DNA of 64,000 nucleotides, from positions 124,001 through 188,000 of the forward strand of contig NMRA01000347.1 of assembly GCA_002633005.1 (NCBI GenBank). Direction: 5' to 3'. Source of the DNA: Phoronis australis. Lineage: Eukaryota; Animalia; Phoronida. The number at the start of each line of letters is the position of its first letter. Position 1 is the stretch's first letter. The translations under genes were made by a program, and so were the position numbers. The notes under the pieces were generated by a model. That model was not told where the DNA came from, made no database searches, and saw only the letters and a list, made by a program, of their open reading frames with translations. Positions 13,640 to 26,447 of the stretch are shown here, piece by piece.

Positions 13640-13907
13640 CGGACTGTTCAATAAAAAGTAACTTTATGAGACTTAGGTCAGAAATTTGACCTTACGGTCC
13701 ACACAACTAGTTCTAAAAAATATGAAATATCACGTGACCAAAAGTGAAAGTCTATGAGACTATAAACGCAGCTTCTGGGAAATATTTCAACACCGTGATG
13801 CGCTCATAGTTACTTGGCTAAACCTTTTCCCACAACTATGAAGAGGAGCGTACATGTATGAATAAAATTCTGTCCTATGTTTTAAGTTACTTTCATGAAA
13901 CAGATCC
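13640..13907. mobile_element. Degenerate MITE
   Basis: ggactgttcaataaaaagtaactt ... aagttactttcatgaaacagatcc form imperfect terminal inverted repeats. Confidence 0.5.
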
Positions 13908-14414
13908 CAAGTGTTTTTTTATTGAAATCAGACAAAAGAATATCTGAAGGGCAATTTCCTGGCTAATACGCTGCCCCCCCCCCAAAAAAAAAACCCCAAA
14001 ATCCTTGATACCGACCCTCTGCTGGTCATCACACCGACAGATCAGTTCCGACCCGGCGCTCAGTCCCCGATCAGCCTTTTCGCAGATAATGTTAAAAAGT
14101 TAATCAAATCACTAAAGATATTTCTTAAGTCCTATATAGGCCTAACATTAAAAGTGATTCGGTTCTGAGTAAAATGACTGCAAGGCAGGTCTGGCCGTGT
14201 AAAAACCTACCGCCGGCGGGTAAGTGTTCATTGACGCACACTGAAACATGTCTTAGCTTTCAAAACAAATCCACTAGACGGCGCGAAATAACAGATTAAC
14301 GACAAGCGCAAGGTGGTCGTTACTTGGTAAATTATTGATGTCGTTGACCCGTAACTCGTTGCTTCTAGTCATGAATGTATGTGGTGACAGTGCAACTTCC
14401 ACCTCTTGTTGACG

Positions 14415-15998
14415 ATGGATTTATGCTCGCAAGTTCTTCCCCGTCACTACGATGGAAAAAAGGAGGCCAGATTTCCCAACCAAGTATGGTTAACAATGTT
14501 CAGAAACCGGCTGCTGTACGGAGTCGTGGGGGTGTTGATTCTTGGACTGTTTCTGATTATAGTCAATGTCTACGAACTGAAGCGGATGACTGAGAGTCAT
14601 TACGCCGTGCACCATCCTATCGCTGGAGCACCCGTTGAGATAAGTGCCGTAAGCGTGACATCAAAGCCCAAAGTATGTGTTATCGCGAAACATATTCAGT
14701 CGGGATATCTGAAACATATCATCGTAGTGTTCGAAAGACTTGGTTTTGAAAAGTCTGAACAGTTCACAGAATGTTCATTTATATGGACACATGACTATCC
14801 TTTCGCCACATTGAGAGATAAAATACTGGCCATCAAGCCCACTCAGATGTTGAATCATTTCCCTGGATCTGGCTACATCACCAACAAAGTCAACTTAGCC
14901 ACATCGAAAATCGACTTTATTCCGCCCGCTTTTAAGATGCCCTCGCAGAAAGCACAGCTCCTTGAATACTCCAAAAAGTACCCGCAAAAGTTGTTTGTGC
15001 AAAAATCCAACAACCACCGGGGAATTGAGATTAAAAACCTCGACAACCTTGATCTCTCCGTGTCAAATACATTCGTGCAGGAATACGTTGATAAGCCGTT
15101 CTTAATTGATGGTCACAAGTTTGACATTGGCATTTATACAGTGCTGACCTCTATAGACCCACTGAGGGTTTACATTCTGGATGATGAGCTCCTACTGAGA
15201 TTTTGCCCTGCAAAGTATTATCCCTTTGACCCTAAGAATGTTGACAAATATGTAGTAGGTGATGACTACTTACCTACATGGCAAGTTCCATCCCTTAAGC
15301 GTATTTATGTGGATCAGAGTAATAACTTTAAACAGACCCTATCCACCTACCTCAGACTAAAAGGTCACAATGTTAAAAAATTGTTCAGGAATATCAAAGA
15401 GTCGATTCGCCAAGTTTACCTGGAAAAGGAAATATTTTTGGTCCAGGCTACTAAAGGATTTGCGTCGAGTAGAAATTTCTTTGAAATGGTTCGCTTTGAT
15501 TTTGTTCTCGATGAAAACCTAAAGCCGTATCTAATGGAGGTTAACATGTCTCCGAATCTGTCCACAGGTCATTTTTCGCAGAATCGTGAACTGTATGAAC
15601 ACGTCGTTTTTGACTTATTGAACTTGGTTGGGACCACAAGTGTTAATCTACCACAAGAAAATGTTGCAGAACAAGAAATGCTTGTATCGAATCGAATGAT
15701 TCAAGTCTACGCTGAAAAATGTAACTCCATGTGTTCTGATATTTGCATGCACCAGATTTGCAAATTATGTCACCAGTGCATGACAATGGATGATAAAAGT
15801 ATTTTGAAGCGGGCATATCTTGAACACATGAATCGGAGGAATTACCGGCGAGTCTTTCCCCCCGCCACCAGTCCAGCAGAGGCTGCGCAGTGGGACCCGG
15901 CGAAAGACGATAAGTATGCCAAGTTGAATGACCGCAATAAATGGATGCACATGTGGTTCATGGGCAAATGCATTCAAGATCCCACATGGTGTTGGTGA
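14415..15998 (+). CDS. TTLL15: Tubulin-tyrosine-ligase-like protein, TTLL15 subfamily, single coding exon, N-terminal transmembrane segment
   Basis: TTL/ATP-grasp motifs LNHFPGSGYITNK, FVQEYVDKPFLIDGHKFDIGIY and FEMVRFDFVLDENLKPYLMEVNMSPNL; hydrophobic LLYGVVGVLILGLFLIIVNVY; Cys-rich C-terminal part. Start may be ATG 14415 or 14496. Confidence 0.85.
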   Translation: MDLCSQVLPRHYDGKKEARFPNQVWLTMFRNRLLYGVVGVLILGLFLIIVNVYELKRMTESHYAVHHPIAGAPVEISAVSVTSKPKVCVIAKHIQSGYLKHIIVVFERLGFEKSEQFTECSFIWTHDYPFATLRDKILAIKPTQMLNHFPGSGYITNKVNLATSKIDFIPPAFKMPSQKAQLLEYSKKYPQKLFVQKSNNHRGIEIKNLDNLDLSVSNTFVQEYVDKPFLIDGHKFDIGIYTVLTSIDPLRVYILDDELLLRFCPAKYYPFDPKNVDKYVVGDDYLPTWQVPSLKRIYVDQSNNFKQTLSTYLRLKGHNVKKLFRNIKESIRQVYLEKEIFLVQATKGFASSRNFFEMVRFDFVLDENLKPYLMEVNMSPNLSTGHFSQNRELYEHVVFDLLNLVGTTSVNLPQENVAEQEMLVSNRMIQVYAEKCNSMCSDICMHQICKLCHQCMTMDDKSILKRAYLEHMNRRNYRRVFPPATSPAEAAQWDPAKDDKYAKLNDRNKWMHMWFMGKCIQDPTWCW

Positions 15999-16111
15999 AG
16001 GCGTTGCTTGGCAATTGGGCAGTTTCTTGTTGCACTAGAAAAGATAGTATCTAGTCACACCACATTGTACTGTCTGTGTGCTGTAATGTATTCAAGTTGC
16101 TATGGATTACT

Positions 16112-17601
16112 GCAAACCTCAGCATATAATATGGTTTAGGAAGTTTCAGAGAGGAACCTATATTTGCTTTTACTTTTGTGTCATTGCCACAATTGGATTT
16201 TTTTAGTGCTTTAAGCATCGTACCATACACTTACGAATATTTTTTTAGCATTAAGTGACAACGTACCGTGACAAAAATTAGTTTAATTCAAAAGTTTGTG
16301 GCTGAGTGTTCATTTTTTTGTAGCTGTTATATTACAAATTTAAGAAATTGTCTCAAATAATTTTGAGATGTTTAATCCAAGGCTGTGTGTCTATTGAGAA
16401 TGTGATATGAAGACGCACAAATATTGGGAGTGGTTTACAGAATATTTCCAAGAGGTTTAATTAGTGTTTTCTTTTACTTTTGCGAAAAGTAAAACAGCAT
16501 TCCATCGGAAGGATTTACAGTACAAATTAATTTAAAAGTAATCAGCAGAAATATCAATTTCCCTTTACGACAGCTCATTGAACTGTAAGGCATGTTGTAG
16601 CTATTGTAGCGGTGAAATTCTAATTTGTTGCATAATTGCCTCAAGTCACCATACTGTAGTTCTTGTTATTTTCCCTTCATTCTCAGTCAGGGGAGACCAC
16701 TCTGAAGCTGAACTCTTTAGCCCTGTTGTTATCAATAGGATTCTGAGTTATTTTGTGGCTTGTACAGGAAGTGGATTTGGTGGATTTGGAATCTCCTTGT
16801 GTTGTGTTAGGTCACAAGTTTTTTGTTATGTTTTGTTGTTTGTTACGTTTTTATTATTACNGCAAACTTCAACAGATAATATGGTTTAGGAAGTTTCAGA
16901 GAGGAACCTATATTTGCTTTTACTTTTGTGTCATTGCCACAATTGGATTTTTTTTAGTGCTTTAAGCATCGTACCATACACTTACGAATATTTTTTTAGT
17001 TTTAAGTGACAATGTACCATGACACAAATTAGTTTAAATCAAAAGTTTGTGGCTGAGTATTCAGTTTTTTGTAGCTGTTATATTACAAATTTAAGAAATT
17101 GTCTCAAATAATTTTGAGATGTTTAATCCAAGGCTGTGTGTCTATTGAGAATGTGATATGAAGACGCACATATATTGGGAGTGGTTTACAGAATATTTCC
17201 AAGAGGTTTAATTTGTGTTTTCTTTTACTTTTGTGAAAAGTAAAACAGCATTCCATCGGAAGGATTTACAGTACAAATTAATTTAAAAGTAATCAGCAGA
17301 AATATCAATTTCCCTTTACGACAGCTCATTGAACTGTAAGGCATGTTGTAGCTATTGTAGCGGTGAAATTCTAATTTGTTGCATAATTGCCTCAAGTCAC
17401 CATACTGTAGTTCTTGTTATTTTCCCTTCATTCTCAGTCAGGGGAGACCACTCTGAAGCTGAACTCTTTAGCCCTGTTGTTATCAATAGGATTCTGAGTT
17501 ATTTTGTGGCTTGTACAGGAGTGGATTTGGAATCTCCTTGTTTTGTTGTAGGTCACAAGTTTTTTGTTATGTTTTGTTGTTTGTTACGTTTTTATTATTA
17601 C
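16112..17601. repeat. ~750-bp tandem duplication joined at a single N (16861); probable haplotype-overlap assembly artefact
   Basis: 16112-16860 and 16862-17601 are near-identical with scattered SNPs/indels; the junction is exactly the lone N. Confidence 0.9.
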
Positions 17602-17615
17602 ATGTATCTACAGTT

Positions 17616-17695
17616 AGAGGAGGCAGTGTGGCCTAGTGTGACATGTGCCCGCTTTCTTTACTCGAGGTCGGGGGTTTGAGTCCCACTGGGTCACA
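17616..17695 (+). mobile_element. tRNA-derived SINE head (degenerate)
   Basis: A-box-like gtggcctagtg and B-box-like ggtttgagtccc at tRNA-like spacing; no intact cloverleaf. Confidence 0.5.
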
Positions 17696-20683
17696 CTGAT
17701 AAACCCTTGAATCAGGTTTCTAGCTCCTCAGCTCGGTTTTAACTATATATTAATAAAGCATAAAAATGGTTCCAGGTGATTAGTGCAATGGGCCCATATG
17801 CGCTGCCTGCTCACGTCTGGTAAAACGTGCATCAGACTGCCTGCAACTTTTCTATCTACAGGTATATTGTAATCAGCAAGTGTCTCCTCATGTGATACAG
17901 ACATTGACACAGTTATAGATTTTATGTTTGAAGGAACTCGAATGTTTTTCTGCTACTATGAATTGGATGCAGAGAATGATTTAATACGGTTACCGTAATA
18001 TATTAAGTATTTGTAAGTTACCTTGCACCATTTTGACACAGGCTTGATGACAAATTTCAGAAAAGCTAAAATTTTGTGACAGCCGGGCTCGTTTCCAATG
18101 GTACTTTTCTCCTATGGTAAATGGTTCTTATACATTCGATGGATCATAGCAAACCAGTTTTACAATGGAAGTGTATACCCGATTCCAAGCTCATGGCCAT
18201 AAATAGCTTTACTATGCTAGACTCATTTTGATACCTCAGTTATGACATCAGTTAGTGCTGGCTGGTACTGGATGAAAACATACACCCACTTGGGGGCGCC
18301 GGTGTAATGGAACCCTTTTCACATAGCATCATGTGACTTTCTTTTCAAAAACATGAACTTAAAAATGTCGTATCACACCATCAATTTTGGATAAACCAGG
18401 ACCAGAACCAATTAGCTATTTGTGGCCTGAAGGGGTTATCAGTAATCAATAATGTACAAACTTCACATGTAGTGGTGGTGTTAATGGCCAGTGAGCTCCA
18501 TTGCATTTTTACACTCGGGTTAAAAATCATGTGAAAGAGAGAGTTATCAACGATTTTTAGAATTTGTGGAGTCTGTTGAGGAGTTGCTCTGTCTATGCCA
18601 TTTTGCTTATTTTATAAAGTGTTGGTCAAGTCTTATATTTCAAACTGTGCTTTTATCTACCTAAAAGTTGCATGAGTTGGACATACGTCAGCCAGATTTT
18701 TGCTTTATACAGCAACTTGGACAAAGTACTGCATTACTATTTTTGTTGTTAGAGCAATCAGCCCCTCGTTTACCTTGAAGACATCTCTTGGTACTGTTGC
18801 ATCTGATTTATGTGAGTGAACTGTTTTTGTTTATAGTACTGGATTTTATAATATTAAGTATTGTAACGTGACTGTTATTTGCCAATTAAGAATACTCAAT
18901 GAGTTAAAACTAATGTTGAGTACTGACACCTGTTGAGAGTGTCAAAAGTATTTGCAAAGTTATCTTAAGAAATTATTTTGGATTGTATTTTGAATACCTT
19001 TGCATAATAAATCGTGTTATTTGTGAACACCTTCTTAGCTCAACTTGTTTTAGGCAGTTGTTTTATATTGTGCAGAACATGGAGGGAGCATGCAGTTTTA
19101 TATTGAGCAGAATATGGAGGGTGCATGCAGTTTTATTTGAACAAATATCTCAACAAACTGGGCATGCAGCTTGAGAATATTTCTCTACTTCTTACTGAAG
19201 CAGAATACAACTGGTGAAGTCAACCTCTTAAATTTGTATTATTGCATTTAGTTTCCAAGCTATGAAAACGTAATTTTTGACAATCACCTTTATGCGGAAT
19301 GACTTGAGAGTTATGTAGTTGTACATGTATATGTAGGACCCTATGAAAGTGTCCAAATTTTGCTATTATCTTCAATCATTTCTCAAAAATTGCCGACTAG
19401 ATTCTTATGAAATCTTCAAACACTTTATTATGCACTGCTCTTCAAAATACTGACAAGGAATTCTTTTTACAATTTTCCATTTTTGAACAATGGGCTACTA
19501 AAAATGATGTTTTATCAAAAAACTAAAGAGCTGCATCAAACAAAAAAGGTTGCATCTAACTAAATTTGGTCAAGGTCATTGATAGAGATTTTGCACTCAA
19601 TGTTTAAACTTCGTTTGTCTTTCGCAAAATTTTAATAAAGACATGGTCACATGATAATTAACGGCAGGTTAGGAAAAAGTGAAAAATCAAATTCTACCGT
19701 ATTTCTACATCCATAATTTTACTGAATTCTATAGTTAGCAGATAAGCTTGAAACGAAGGTCTCGCATAACTGTAAGAATTACTTGTCTAATGACAGGACT
19801 CAATTTCACATGCTTAAGATGGCATTTATTTCAAAAACCTAATTCATTACAAAATTGAACTTAAACAACACAACATGTTATTTTAATTCACATATTTAAA
19901 ACTCAATATGGCAGCCAAGTAAAAGTTGATGTTGTCAAACTTCTCAGCAAAAACTTTACCTTTTCTCAGTTTGGGTTGCACTGAGCAAATGTCATTAAAT
20001 GACACTTGGCAAAACTTGCATTATTTGCAGTAAGGTTATTCGCATCCCCTGTAATGACCTCCCCTGTAATGACGGGAGATAACTCATGGACAAGATCCAT
20101 TACAAGCAAACCGTGACTAGTCATACATGAAGCAGCCGTGTCTTATCAAAGGTGTTGCTAAATTCTCTCTCAACAAAAGTAAAAGCGCAAAGCCTTGGAA
20201 AAATTGACCAAAGTATGAACTTGCACATAACATAACCAACAGTTTTTGCTTGAACTTAAACATGAAAAGAATGGCCCAATGACTTTACAATTTAAGACAT
20301 ATGACCAGACTCCAACAACTCTGATCGACACATCACATCATTGATAATATTAGTCTCCAAAGCAACACCTTGTACAACAGAAAAATTCAATCGGTATGAC
20401 ACTGGAGGACTAATCCTGATGTAAAACACTGATAAACATGGCAACTTGCATTATTTGCAGTAACTGTGCACTTATTATTTTTTAACTTTTATTTCTATAT
20501 CCACCATTACCATGCACTACTCTATAGTTACAAATGTTTCCAGTGTCCTGTCTCTACAGTAAATACATCATCAAATCAGCAGTGACACACCAGCACTCCT
20601 TATGCACAGCATGCTGGGTAATTACTAGAGAATTACAAAAAGGCACTCCGGTATTTTGGGATATACCTACTATTTCCACCTGT

Positions 20684-20768
20684 ACACCTAGCACTGATTG
20701 AGCATTTCACTTGTATACCTAGCACTGACTGAGCATTCCACTTGCATACCTAGCACTGATTGAGCACA
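20684..20768. repeat. 31-bp tandem repeat (~3 copies) overlapping the TOR1AIP stop codon
   Basis: acctagcactga(t/c)tgagcatt(t/c)cacttg(t/c)at units. Confidence 0.85.
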
Positions 20769-21810
20769 GTTTCGTCCTCCTGGCCAACAACAGCTACATT
20801 GTTGCCAATTCTACTCCAGATGGCGTCGTACTGGTCCCCTTTGAGTTCTCTCCATGATGTGGCTAGGGCTTTTTCTACAGCCTCTTCACTGACCTCACAA
20901 TCACCTTCGACGTATGTCGTAAATATGAACAATGCATCTTTGAACGGCGCATTTTCATTGTCACAATACGAGTGCAACATCAAACCTATCTCTCCAGGTG
21001 ACTGCTCTAAAGCCTTCAAAATGGAGATTTTGACTCCGTTGGCAAATCCAACCCGATATCTGTTATCCAGTTCCAGCTTAGCCACGCCATCTGTTGTAAA
21101 GGTTGACAAGTTCTTGGCTAAGATTTCCGTGATGCCCTCAGAAAAATAAGGCTTCAGGGAAATGTTCGCAATTCTTTTGGCCAAACATTCCACTATAATG
21201 TGATTGGATTTATGGGACGCTATTAGAACTATAGCTGGGTAGAGGGGGTTGTCCACCTTTAGATTTGAGTGGACAGCAGCTTTAATGACCTTCCAAAACC
21301 TTTTTGTTTGCATAGGGAACTCAGCCTTCATCGCATCGATTGATTTTGAGAATTCCTCCGCCCGTTCAGCACGACTTGGAACGTCAGGCTCTGCATTGTG
21401 CTCAGACACAGCATTTCTCCATGGAATGAATATGTAGAATAGAACAAACAAAACTAGTATAAGCAAACAAATGGCACAGTACCTCAGATTGTGACTATGT
21501 GGGATGCTTTCCTGCTCAAACTTAATATCAGAGCAATCTTTTGTGTCATTTTCATATTTGGATGAACGGACACTTGCATTGCTTCTTTCCCTGACCTCTG
21601 TCTTGTTTTCATTAACCTCTGACCTGTTTTTCTTGACCTCTGTCCTGTTTTCCTTGACCTTTGTCTTGTTTTTCTTGACCTCTGTCTTGTTTTTCTTGGA
21701 GTGCTTTGACCTATTATCGACTTCATCAAGGTCACTTTCATTGTTTGTGAGGGTCTTAGCATCAGTTGTCTTCACTGATGGATTTTCTTCATAGTCAACA
21801 CCATCTTCAT
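20750..21810 (-). CDS. TOR1AIP1: Torsin-1A-interacting protein (LAP1/LULL1-like), terminal exon: TM helix + luminal AAA+-like domain
   Basis: TM ICLLILVLFVLFYIFIPW; FPMQTKRFW; YCDNENAPFKDALFIFT and IWSRIGNNV match LAP1/LULL1 motifs (YCDHENAAFKDVALVLT, LWSRISHLV with the arginine finger). Acceptor ctttcag|AT at 21810, phase 1. Confidence 0.85.
21590..21700 (-). repeat. Coding 21-bp tandem repeat (KKNKTEV-like, ~5 copies) in the TOR1AIP N-terminal (nucleo/cytoplasmic) part
   Basis: KKNKTEV-KKNKTKV-KENRTEV-KKNRSEV-NENKTEV. Confidence 0.85.
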
Positions 21811-21887
21811 CTGAAAGAAAAATAGTAAAATAAACAATATCCAAATCTAAAAATATCCTAACACAAACTACCCATGACAGCGTTTTC

Positions 21888-22400
21888 CCGTTCAGTGACT
21901 TAACCAGAGGTAGGGGTTGGTGAGCGTGTGATAACATTTAGCTTCTTTGCTAACTGCCAAGCACAGTCTTTTGTCATGTATGACAACAAGCAGGCCAATT
22001 ATCTACCAGGCTTAGTACAGACCACGTGTGAACACAGTCAAAATCAGAGTGAATTGGTGTATTTGGAAAGAATAGATTGTCGTAACTTCGGTTGCAGTTG
22101 GGTGATTTTGGCATTTAAAAAACTAAACATGGTCACCATTTGACAAAGATTTCAGCAATGCTATTGGTTTACGTTCAAATATGTTATAACTTAACTTTTA
22201 TTTTTAACAGCACCGCCCAGTCAGGGTAGATACGATCTTACTGGAGATTACAGCAATAATCGAACAAAAGAGAGCTGGCTCTCCAACCATGAATGCCAGA
22301 ATGGAATAAATCAGTCGTGTAAGATATTGGCTACAGGAGTAAACTTCCCAACTTGCTGTTGGGCTATTGAATCGAACACATGTTGGGAGCAACGGGAAAA
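21888..22400 (+). mobile_element. ~500-bp dispersed non-autonomous repeat, copy 1
   Basis: Colinear with 55830-56310 (gataacat..gcacagtcttttgtc..tatgacaacaagca..aaactaaacatg..aaatatgttataacttaac..aaacttcccaacttg..ttgggagcaa). Confidence 0.75.
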
Positions 22401-23663
22401 CGCAGTAATGCCAAGGGCGACTACCACCAAAAAACCTACAGTACTAACACAAGAGTGTCGAGGCAAAAGTGACAAGAACGAAATTGCTCTATTATTCAAC
22501 ATTTGCAGATTACAGCCATTATGATGTCATTTTCAGCTGGAATTAAGCAGTGCAAATCTGTAGACAGAATTGATTGCCATGATGTCTGCATTAAGTACTT
22601 AGTTAGTTTTAAAATAAATAGCACAGTTTTACATGTGGACCGTACTTTGACTAGAGAATGTGGGACTAAATATTCCAACATGAACAAGTTTCTTTCATTC
22701 TAAACTTGTCACTGTTTCAAACATCTTCCTACCAATCCACTCTAACTAAAAAACTAGGCCGACTACAGTTTGACACTTTCACAGCAACAAAACGACCTCG
22801 ATTCCAACACAAGTTAAACACAATTTGAGAGTTTATGTCAGAGCATGACCAGTTTATTGATAAAATAACAATTATGCAAAAATTGTCAATCCCACGTAAA
22901 CTCACAATCCTAAGTAACAGAATCAGAAATTGTGAGATGTGTACACATAACTTGTGAGTGCATGCACTATTGCACAATGCACATGCATGGACTTCCTGCA
23001 GTTTGCTAACCTTAAAAAGTTTAACAAATTTGACTGGGTTATTCCATTCATTTTTCAAACAATTTTAAAGATGTCTATTTATATACAATCCAATTGAACA
23101 CTGCCCCCTGGTTGTAACGTACTAACACATGGTGCAATATTTTTGTACAATTTCTACGATAAAATGGAATTCAAACTTGTTTATTCTAGGTGCCAATTGG
23201 TAGATATTTGAAATCGACCAATTAGTGATTGGCTCTGCAAACCAGGACAGTTGTATTTAAAAAAAAAGTTTCCAATAAAATACTTCTTAAACTGCATTTA
23301 ATCATGTTTAGCTGGGAAAAAGTGGAAATAGAATCAGGCCTTTTTTCTCTCATAAAATCAAGCTCATAATACTCCTTTCCATGATGGGATTCTATACCTG
23401 TTACCAATAAAAACATCCAAACCATCAGCGAATCAAGAAAACAACTTCAGATTTTATTTGCGCTGGCCAACCCCAAAATTGTGAATTTAAAAATGGCGTT
23501 TGCACTCATTGCCTAATGCAGTCACACTCGGCATGCACATGGAAGTCTTTCTCCACATTTTCTATGACATGCTAGCCACAATCTAGTCACGACTAATTAT
23601 TTAGTCACATTTTGGTCACAACTAAAATTTTAGTCATGAGTAACTCATGGCAAGGGTATGTAC

Positions 23664-23790
23664 CATCCTCTGATTCACTTGAACTGTAGTCTTTGTATCT
23701 TGGACTGTCATAAGGGGGTATAAGTGAACTCCTTAAGAAATAACGACCCTGACCTGGTGGAATTTGCTCACTGTCATCACTGTTCCACAT
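23664..23790 (-). CDS. TOR1AIP1: TOR1AIP-like first coding exon (MWNSDDSEQ...RYFLRS...SESED)
   Basis: Acceptor tttcag|ATG at 23790; donor GAT G|gtacat is phase 1 and joins in frame to the exon at 21810 (G+AT = Asp). Confidence 0.65.
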
Positions 23791-24516
23791 CTGAAATTAT
23801 AAAAATTTACACAGAATTATTAGGGACCCTAGTGATTGCACTGTCAGGCAATTTCATTATCTGAATTTTAATTACATATTTTTATTAATCAATACGCGTA
23901 TCCCTGAACTTATGTCACAGTATAACGTTCTTAAACAGATTACGGAAATCACCAAAACAGCAAGAAAAAGAAAAATACTCCATCTGTTGGTGTAAAGTGG
24001 TCAAACATGTGACCGACTGCAAATCACTAGCTGCCGTATTCTGTTTCTTTTGTGGACTTATGACTTGAGGATAAAATTGTCTTTGAAATAACGCTAAAAA
24101 CTGAAGAAGCTTTAACTGAGGATAGAAAGAATACTTATCTAATAATGAGCTGCTGATTTGTTACATACTAATGTAATGTTACTTCTGACCCACTCAAGTC
24201 TTAACTCAGGCCGGTCAACAACGCGACAGCCTGGACCAAAGATCATAAAAATTTGAAAAATACAACAAAAATCACACTGTTACAATTTCCCACCAACCCG
24301 AAACCTCTTACTTGAAAGAGAAGCAAGGAACCTATCGTATCAGACTTTCAGTTTCACTGGCACTGGCACTGGCTTTGGCTGCCTTTGAACAGCAAATTGC
24401 CCATTCATTGCATATGTGATGTCATAAAGAGAGGTTTAATTCATAATACACACGCTGCAGATTCACGCCCATTATATTAACAACATCAAATTTCAAGAAA
24501 ATATCTCTAACCTCAC

Positions 24517-24565
24517 ATGCTTCGTTTATCTGCCAGTGGTGCGAATTGTAATTACCAGACGTGCG
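24517..24565 (-). other. Probable non-coding first exon of TOR1AIP-like gene
   Basis: Donor CAT|gtgagg at 24517/24516, at the edge of a CpG-rich region with an ETS-like ccggaagt at ~24746. Confidence 0.4.
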
Positions 24566-24701
24566 TTCAGTAGACGCTAGGACCTACGCTAGGACCTAGC
24601 TAAACCTAGTCAAAGTCACGTGTTGTTATTTACAATACACGGCAATATCTCACGTAATCTCGCGAAGTCTTGCTTTTTAGCGAGGTCCTAGCGTTACTGA
24701 A
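24565..24701. mobile_element. Small MITE (same family as 40808-40951)
   Basis: gttcagtagacgctaggacct ... aggtcctagcgttactgaac terminal inverted repeats; gctaggacctcgc..agcaa shared with ~40830. Confidence 0.6.
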
Positions 24702-25233
24702 CGGGAGGCAGATTCCAGATACTCAATTTCCTGGAAATCCCGGCCCGGAAGTAATAGATTATTGGAGCTTTCTAATACAGGAGAGCTCAGTTGAGTTTAG
24801 TGTCCTCTATCGGCTTGATACCCAGACACCTGACGGCCGCAGCGACGGTCAGTGTTTCACTTATTTGAACACCATTTACTACTGAAAAGATTAGTGTAAA
24901 CTAAGCAGTTACCACCAACCCGGCAGGCCGGCCGACTGCACCGAAGTCGACCGAGCCTGGTAGATATGGCAAGGACCCCACGGTCAGTGCAGCTTGAAAA
25001 CTAAAATAGACGTGGCGGTGCTTACTCACATTCGAACTTTTGCTTTTTGCTTTTTTGGCAGTGACCGTCTTCCCGAACCCGGTACCCGGTAGGCCTACCT
25101 CTAATTCGTCTGCGTCCCTGACGGCCGGCGGGAACCATCGAAATATATCCGGGCCGGGCCTACTCATGCGCTGGTGACAGAGGAGCTTAGTGCGAAGTAG
25201 ATCACCCACTTCCACTGCTTTACAGCGCTATGT

Positions 25234-25335
25234 CGGTAACTTTTCCAGACGTGAGGGGTGCTGAACGTGCGATAACATTTAGCTAATTCAGTGTTAACTG
25301 CCCAGCTCAGTCTTTTGTCGCATAACAAGCAGCCG
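25234..25335 (+). mobile_element. 5' fragment of the ~500-bp dispersed repeat
   Basis: gacgtgaggggtgctgaacgtgcgataacatttagct..cagtcttttgtc matches 55848-55918. Confidence 0.65.
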
Positions 25336-26199
25336 GCGGAGCTGAGGCAACGGTCAATATATGAGACCTTCTGAATTAATTGAATAATGACGAGACCACA
25401 ACCACGGGGCCTATCTTGCAACTTCCGCCATTTGCTGTTGACCTTCGGAGCCTTTTGTATATGTACTAGTTGCACATGCGTTGCTGTAATATATTTTCAT
25501 ATTTTAATTTCTATATTTTTTAAACGATAAAAGTTTCGTTAAAAGTTTCATTCGTACGTAGTGCTAAAAGCGTTTGACTTGAATGCCCATGTTGAACTTC
25601 GGATGGTTTGAATTACTTCTTCATGTCATACAAAAAAAACGGCTAAAACGCGTTAAGAGTTTTTTTTTTGGTAAATCTCGAATCACAGGCCTTTAAAAAT
25701 TATTTAGTGGTTTGGCCGCAAACCCACTGTCCCCGGGCCACCGTGTATTTCAAACGGTGACTATGCATGTACACTATCCCCGGCGCTTGACGAAGCTCTG
25801 TGATCAAAAGTTGTTCTCCCGGCAAGTGCGAGTTTCTCTTTGAAACAACTCTTAATAACGAGCTTCAAAAGAAATATCCTTGAGATACTATGGGAAAAAG
25901 TCTCGATATGTTTTTAGAAAACGGTGGCAAATATTCCTCTTGTTTAATTGGCAAGTTAGGTTCCTCAAACTTCCATCAATTCCGAATGGCGGTCTATTTA
26001 TTTATTTATTATTATTTATTAATGTAATATTTACATGCTTTCCATGGGGGGTCCTCAGTAAAAACATACAGACAGTAAGACAACCTAATGGAATTACAAA
26101 ATGAATAATCAAAAAGAATAAGAAATTAACAAGGGAAAACCGATGAAGCAAAATAACAAACGTAGGAAGATTTATTATTCACATTACGGCGTTATCCCG

Positions 26200-26447
26200 C
26201 TGATTCCAACTTGCCTAGTGTTCGATTCTATAACCCAACAAGTTGGAAAGATGACAATTGTAGCTAATGTCTTGCTGATTAACATCAGTATGGCATTTGT
26301 GGTTGAAGGGCCAGTTTTCTTTTTGTTGGATAATTGCTCTAATCTCCGTCAGATCCTATCTAGCCTGACTGGGCTGTGCTTTTAAAAATAAAAGTTAAGT
26401 TAAGTAACATATTCAAACATAAACCAATAACATTTCTGAATTCCTCG
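26200..26447 (-). mobile_element. 3' half of the ~500-bp dispersed repeat, inverted
   Basis: Reverse complement matches 56055-56300 and 22140-22390. Confidence 0.65.

Noticed and set aside
16112-17601. Biological tandem duplication downstream of TTLL15, and its duplicated small ORFs
   Set aside because: The junction is a lone N and differences look allelic, as expected for unmerged overlapping contig ends.
17616-17695. tRNA gene
   Set aside because: A/B boxes are present but there is no consistent cloverleaf; treated as a SINE head.
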